Positions 60,560 to 64,000 of a stretch of DNA of 64,000 nt are shown here, piece after piece (position 1 is the first letter of the stretch; each line of letters opens with the position of its first letter). The stretch is from Takakia lepidozioides (Eukaryota > Plantae > Bryophyta), in the NCBI GenBank assembly GCA_030704615.1, contig CM060732.1:21204001-21268000 (forward strand). Direction: 5' to 3'. Position numbers and translations under genes: made by a program. The notes under the pieces were generated by a model. It was not told the origin of the DNA and did no database searches. It was given only the letters and a program-made list of their open reading frames with translations.

Positions 60560-60940
60560 GTGTGGCAGCAGGGAAGTATCCAAAAACATATAATAGAGGT
60601 GAGGAGAAGCTTGGGGTGAACACTTTCCGACCCCAATGGTGGGACAATGGAGACAAAAAGGCGAATGCCTGTTGGACTACAGAGAGAAGCAGATGCATTT
60701 CAGATTGTGATAAGTAGGGTTGGGGTGTTTTGGGGAAGAACTCCACACCAGTATGGTTGGGGTGTTTGCTGGTAGAATTGTAGGCTGTCAGAGGCATGGA
60801 TAGCTGAAGGAGCAGGGATAGAGTGTGGGTCCACATTCATCCAAGAGGGCTGGATTTCAAGCTCCACATTACCTATGATTCCATGTGGAAGGATAGGTAC
60901 AAGAAACCTACATGGGTAGATGGTCAACTGGAAGCGGCAT
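60560..60940 (+). pseudogene. More diverged, opposite-strand copy of the OSB-type PDF module
   Basis: KYPKTYNRGEEKL..QWWDNGDKK and HPRGLDFKLHITYDSMWKDRYKKPTWVDGQL; the intervening intron-like sequence also resembles the 52-54 kb copies. Confidence 0.75.
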
Positions 60941-62288
60941 GCTGTACTATATGTCATTCCAGAGACTGTCATTGTTGGTCCATGTGTTTTACAACAATGC
61001 TATCAATATAAGACTCCTGGTTCGCATTGGAAGCTCAATCCCTGCAAGTTCATTGTGTGTGAAGCTCAAACTTGCGATTTGAAGGATCTTGTAGCCAAGT
61101 TCATTCAACCGGAAAGGAGAAATTCTGAAAGCTCCCAAATTTGATGTGGGCAAGCTTATGGAGGTATGACTTAGCTTCCCTCCTCTAATGTAAGTGTTGG
61201 ATAAGTTTCATTTAGTGTCGACCTTCACTGCATATATTGGCTCTTTTCTTGGCTGGTTTCATATTTTCTTGGCTGGAATGCTGTTGGTTGGCTTCTTTCA
61301 TTTCACGTGTGTAGTGGAAGGGGAGAAGTACTTTCCTAAGTTCTGCTGCAACAATGTCTTTTTCCAGCCTAGATGTTTTCGATGGATACAAATTGAAGTG
61401 CTTTGAATGTTGCTGCAATACTATAATAAAGTGGAGGGTGCTGAATGCAGTTGGTCTTGCTTCGTGCAGGCATAATCCAGGGAAATGTGGACATAGCTGA
61501 AACCCCATGATAGCATTTCCAGAGGACGGTGTGGATGGCCTCACAATCCAGCATGCAAAATCCATGACAATGTGGAGCTGGCTGAATGGGCAAACAGGTT
61601 AAGTGGCGAACAAGCCACGTCACTGGTACATAGTTGCATGCTTACATAGTACATGAAAGCGTACTATATGTCATTCCCGAAATTGACCATGTTGGTCTAT
61701 GTATTTTACAACAATGCTATCAATAAAAGACCAATGGTTCGCATTGGAAACTCTATCCCCGTAAGTGGCTTGTGCGTGATGCTCAAACTTGTGATTTGAA
61801 GGATCTTATACCCCAGTTCATTGCAGAGGTCATTGGAAAAGACATTGAGAAGGCAACAGCCGTTATCTATAATCTACAGATCCCCTTCAATTTGATGTGG
61901 GAAAGCCGGCTGGCTGGAGGTCTAGTCTCACTTTCACTCATCTAATGTCAGTGTTGTATCCATTGCAATGTGGAGATGTTTGAAACAACATTGGAGCATT
62001 TCCAGAGGATGGTCTGGATGGCCTTTCGTGGCGTGTGCCGAATCCATGGCAAGAAAACATTGCAGGCAAACCCATGGCAATGGTACCAGCACGGGTTGGT
62101 CCAAAGCCAATTGCAACAACAAATGAATAAAGGGTGCTGAAAGGAAAGCACTCCATAATTGATCATAAAATCCAGTGTCCAAGCATGATATCTTAATGGG
62201 AATGCGAAGGGAGTGTTACCACCTTAAACTATCATGCATGGTCTATAACTGGAGTGCACAAATCGCGCATATCTAATCTTCATCATCC

Positions 62289-64000
62289 TCATCTATGTCT
62301 GGGCTCACTACATGTATCACTGTCTTCATCACAGACTTCATCTTCTCCAAGGGTTGGCTGAACATCATCACCACGTATACGGGGTGCTCGGAGGTACAAG
62401 GAGGCCACCTGCTCTGGAGTAACCGGTACCGCTCGGCTGCATGTTGGGCCATCAGTAACCACAGTCTCCTCTAGTCTTTGTGGGGCTAACAATCCTTCCA
62501 CTTCCGCCACATCATCATTATCAATTGATATGTCGCAGACCACTCTACGTGCTCGGGGGCTCTTCTCCAGGACGACTTTCCACCCCGGCTCCTTCACACA
62601 ATCAGAAAAAAAACACTTGATCAACCTGGCCAGGAAACACAAAAGGTTGCTCAGAAGGTGGAAGCATACGGTTAAAATTGACAAGTGTGAAGCCAGCATC
62701 ATCCTGCTTCATTGACATAGGTTGACGACCCACGCGACTCGCCCGTACCCACGAACACAAAAACACTATAGGTTGTGTTTGGCCATAGTCAATTTGCAAA
62801 ATCTCCCTTATAAGACCCACATATCTTGTAGGTTCCTCCATGTCATTGCCTGAATTGTTGGTAATGGGCTGGTGCTGGAAAACAGATGAGACTCCACAAT
62901 CAAAAGACACCATACTTGTTGTGTTCATGCCGGGGGATGTAACCCTGTAATGGTTACCATACGCTGTCATACTCTTGAATGACAGGGCAGTAAATGATGG
63001 AGGCCTTGAAAGATCCAGTAATTCCTCACGTGTTGTAGGATCAAGCCCATCTGATTGAATTGAGAGATGATCCCGTACACCTTGAGGGAGCCAAACAGCA
63101 AATGGAGGACAAGGATGCAAATCAGGAGGGTACTGAATTGCCGTGGGATTGCTCATGCCTTCCAGCCCTTGCTCCTCACGAAACAAGCGTCGTCTGGCTT
63201 CTATCCGTGTGGACTCTGCTTCATATATCCTGTCACAATCCGAGGGTCAGCCAGGAGATTGACAGAGGTGGCGTGGGAGATTTGAAAAGACGCCATATGC
63301 CAACTAATGATAAATGACTAAAACTTGGAAATCTGAATGTCAATGAAGTAGATTTCTTACCCCAACATGACTGATAGACGAGGATGGTTCTGAATGATGT
63401 ACTCATGTACAATATCACACAGGTCATTCAATTTTCGGGCTTTAGAACTTCCTTCCACAACTTCACGTTCCACAGATTCTGCCTCATCTGCATCCCACAC
63501 CCTTCGTACACTTCCATCAAATCCTGCCATATACTCTGTGCAAAAACCCAATGCTTCTTCAAATTGGTATCCTTTGCCATGCTCCCCTCGGGCCTTGCCA
63601 TGTTTCTTACGTAGCCCTTCATATCTTTCATTGCCCGCTCCATGGGGTACATCCAACGAGATGCTACGGGCCCGCATAAGTACAACTCATCCACTAGGTG
63701 AACAACCAGATGTGTCATCACATCAAAAAATGATGGTGGGAACTCCTTCTCTATAAGACACAGAGTGAGAACTGCTTCAGTTCTCAATTCCTCATACTCT
63801 ACAGGATTCACCACTTTTGCACACAACTTCTTAAATACACGACATACTCGCAAAATGGCCCTTCGAGGACCACTTGGCATGAGCCCACGGATAGCAAGCG
63901 GTATAATTTGCTGCATGAGCACATGATAGTCATGTGATTTCATGCCAGACAACTTCTTCTTCACCACATGCTTTTTGAAAGCTGATGCGTAGCCTGTTGG
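62289..64000 (-). mobile_element. CACTA (En/Spm) TnpD-like transposase, DUF4218 and DUF4216 region, frameshifted; continues beyond the window
   Basis: LSGMKSHDYHVLMQQIIP, FPPSFFDVMTHLVVHL, GPVASRWMYPMER, NMARPEGSMA, GYQFEEALGFCTEY, YVGLIREI, VFLCSWV, QPFVFPGQVDQVFF. Confidence 0.93.

Overview
This is a 64-kb window of nuclear DNA from a non-seed land plant, most likely a bryophyte. That assignment is an inference from the gene set and repeat types. Three intron-containing genes appear intact and splice into open reading frames: a putative kinetochore Dsn1-like gene (+, 10326-11895), a group-A bZIP ABI5/ABF (-, 19483-16195) and a PIP1 aquaporin (-, 30572-27712). The rest is mostly transposons and gene debris. 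The main candidate system is at the left edge: a Ty3/gypsy LTR retrotransposon whose polyprotein appears to carry a DNMT3/DRM-like C5 cytosine methyltransferase C-terminus upstream of a largely deleted RT and a PHD finger after the integrase, i.e. a chromatin writer and reader in one element. Other notable items are a TTAA/TIR-bounded piggyBac family, repeated decayed PPR genes with an N-terminal OSB-type PDF (ssDNA-binding) motif, an intronless CDC20 fragment next to orphan Pti1-kinase exons, LINE, hAT, CACTA and solo-LTR remnants, and a 37/74-bp RY-motif satellite upstream of ABI5. All calls come from motif recognition by eye; no database searches were run.
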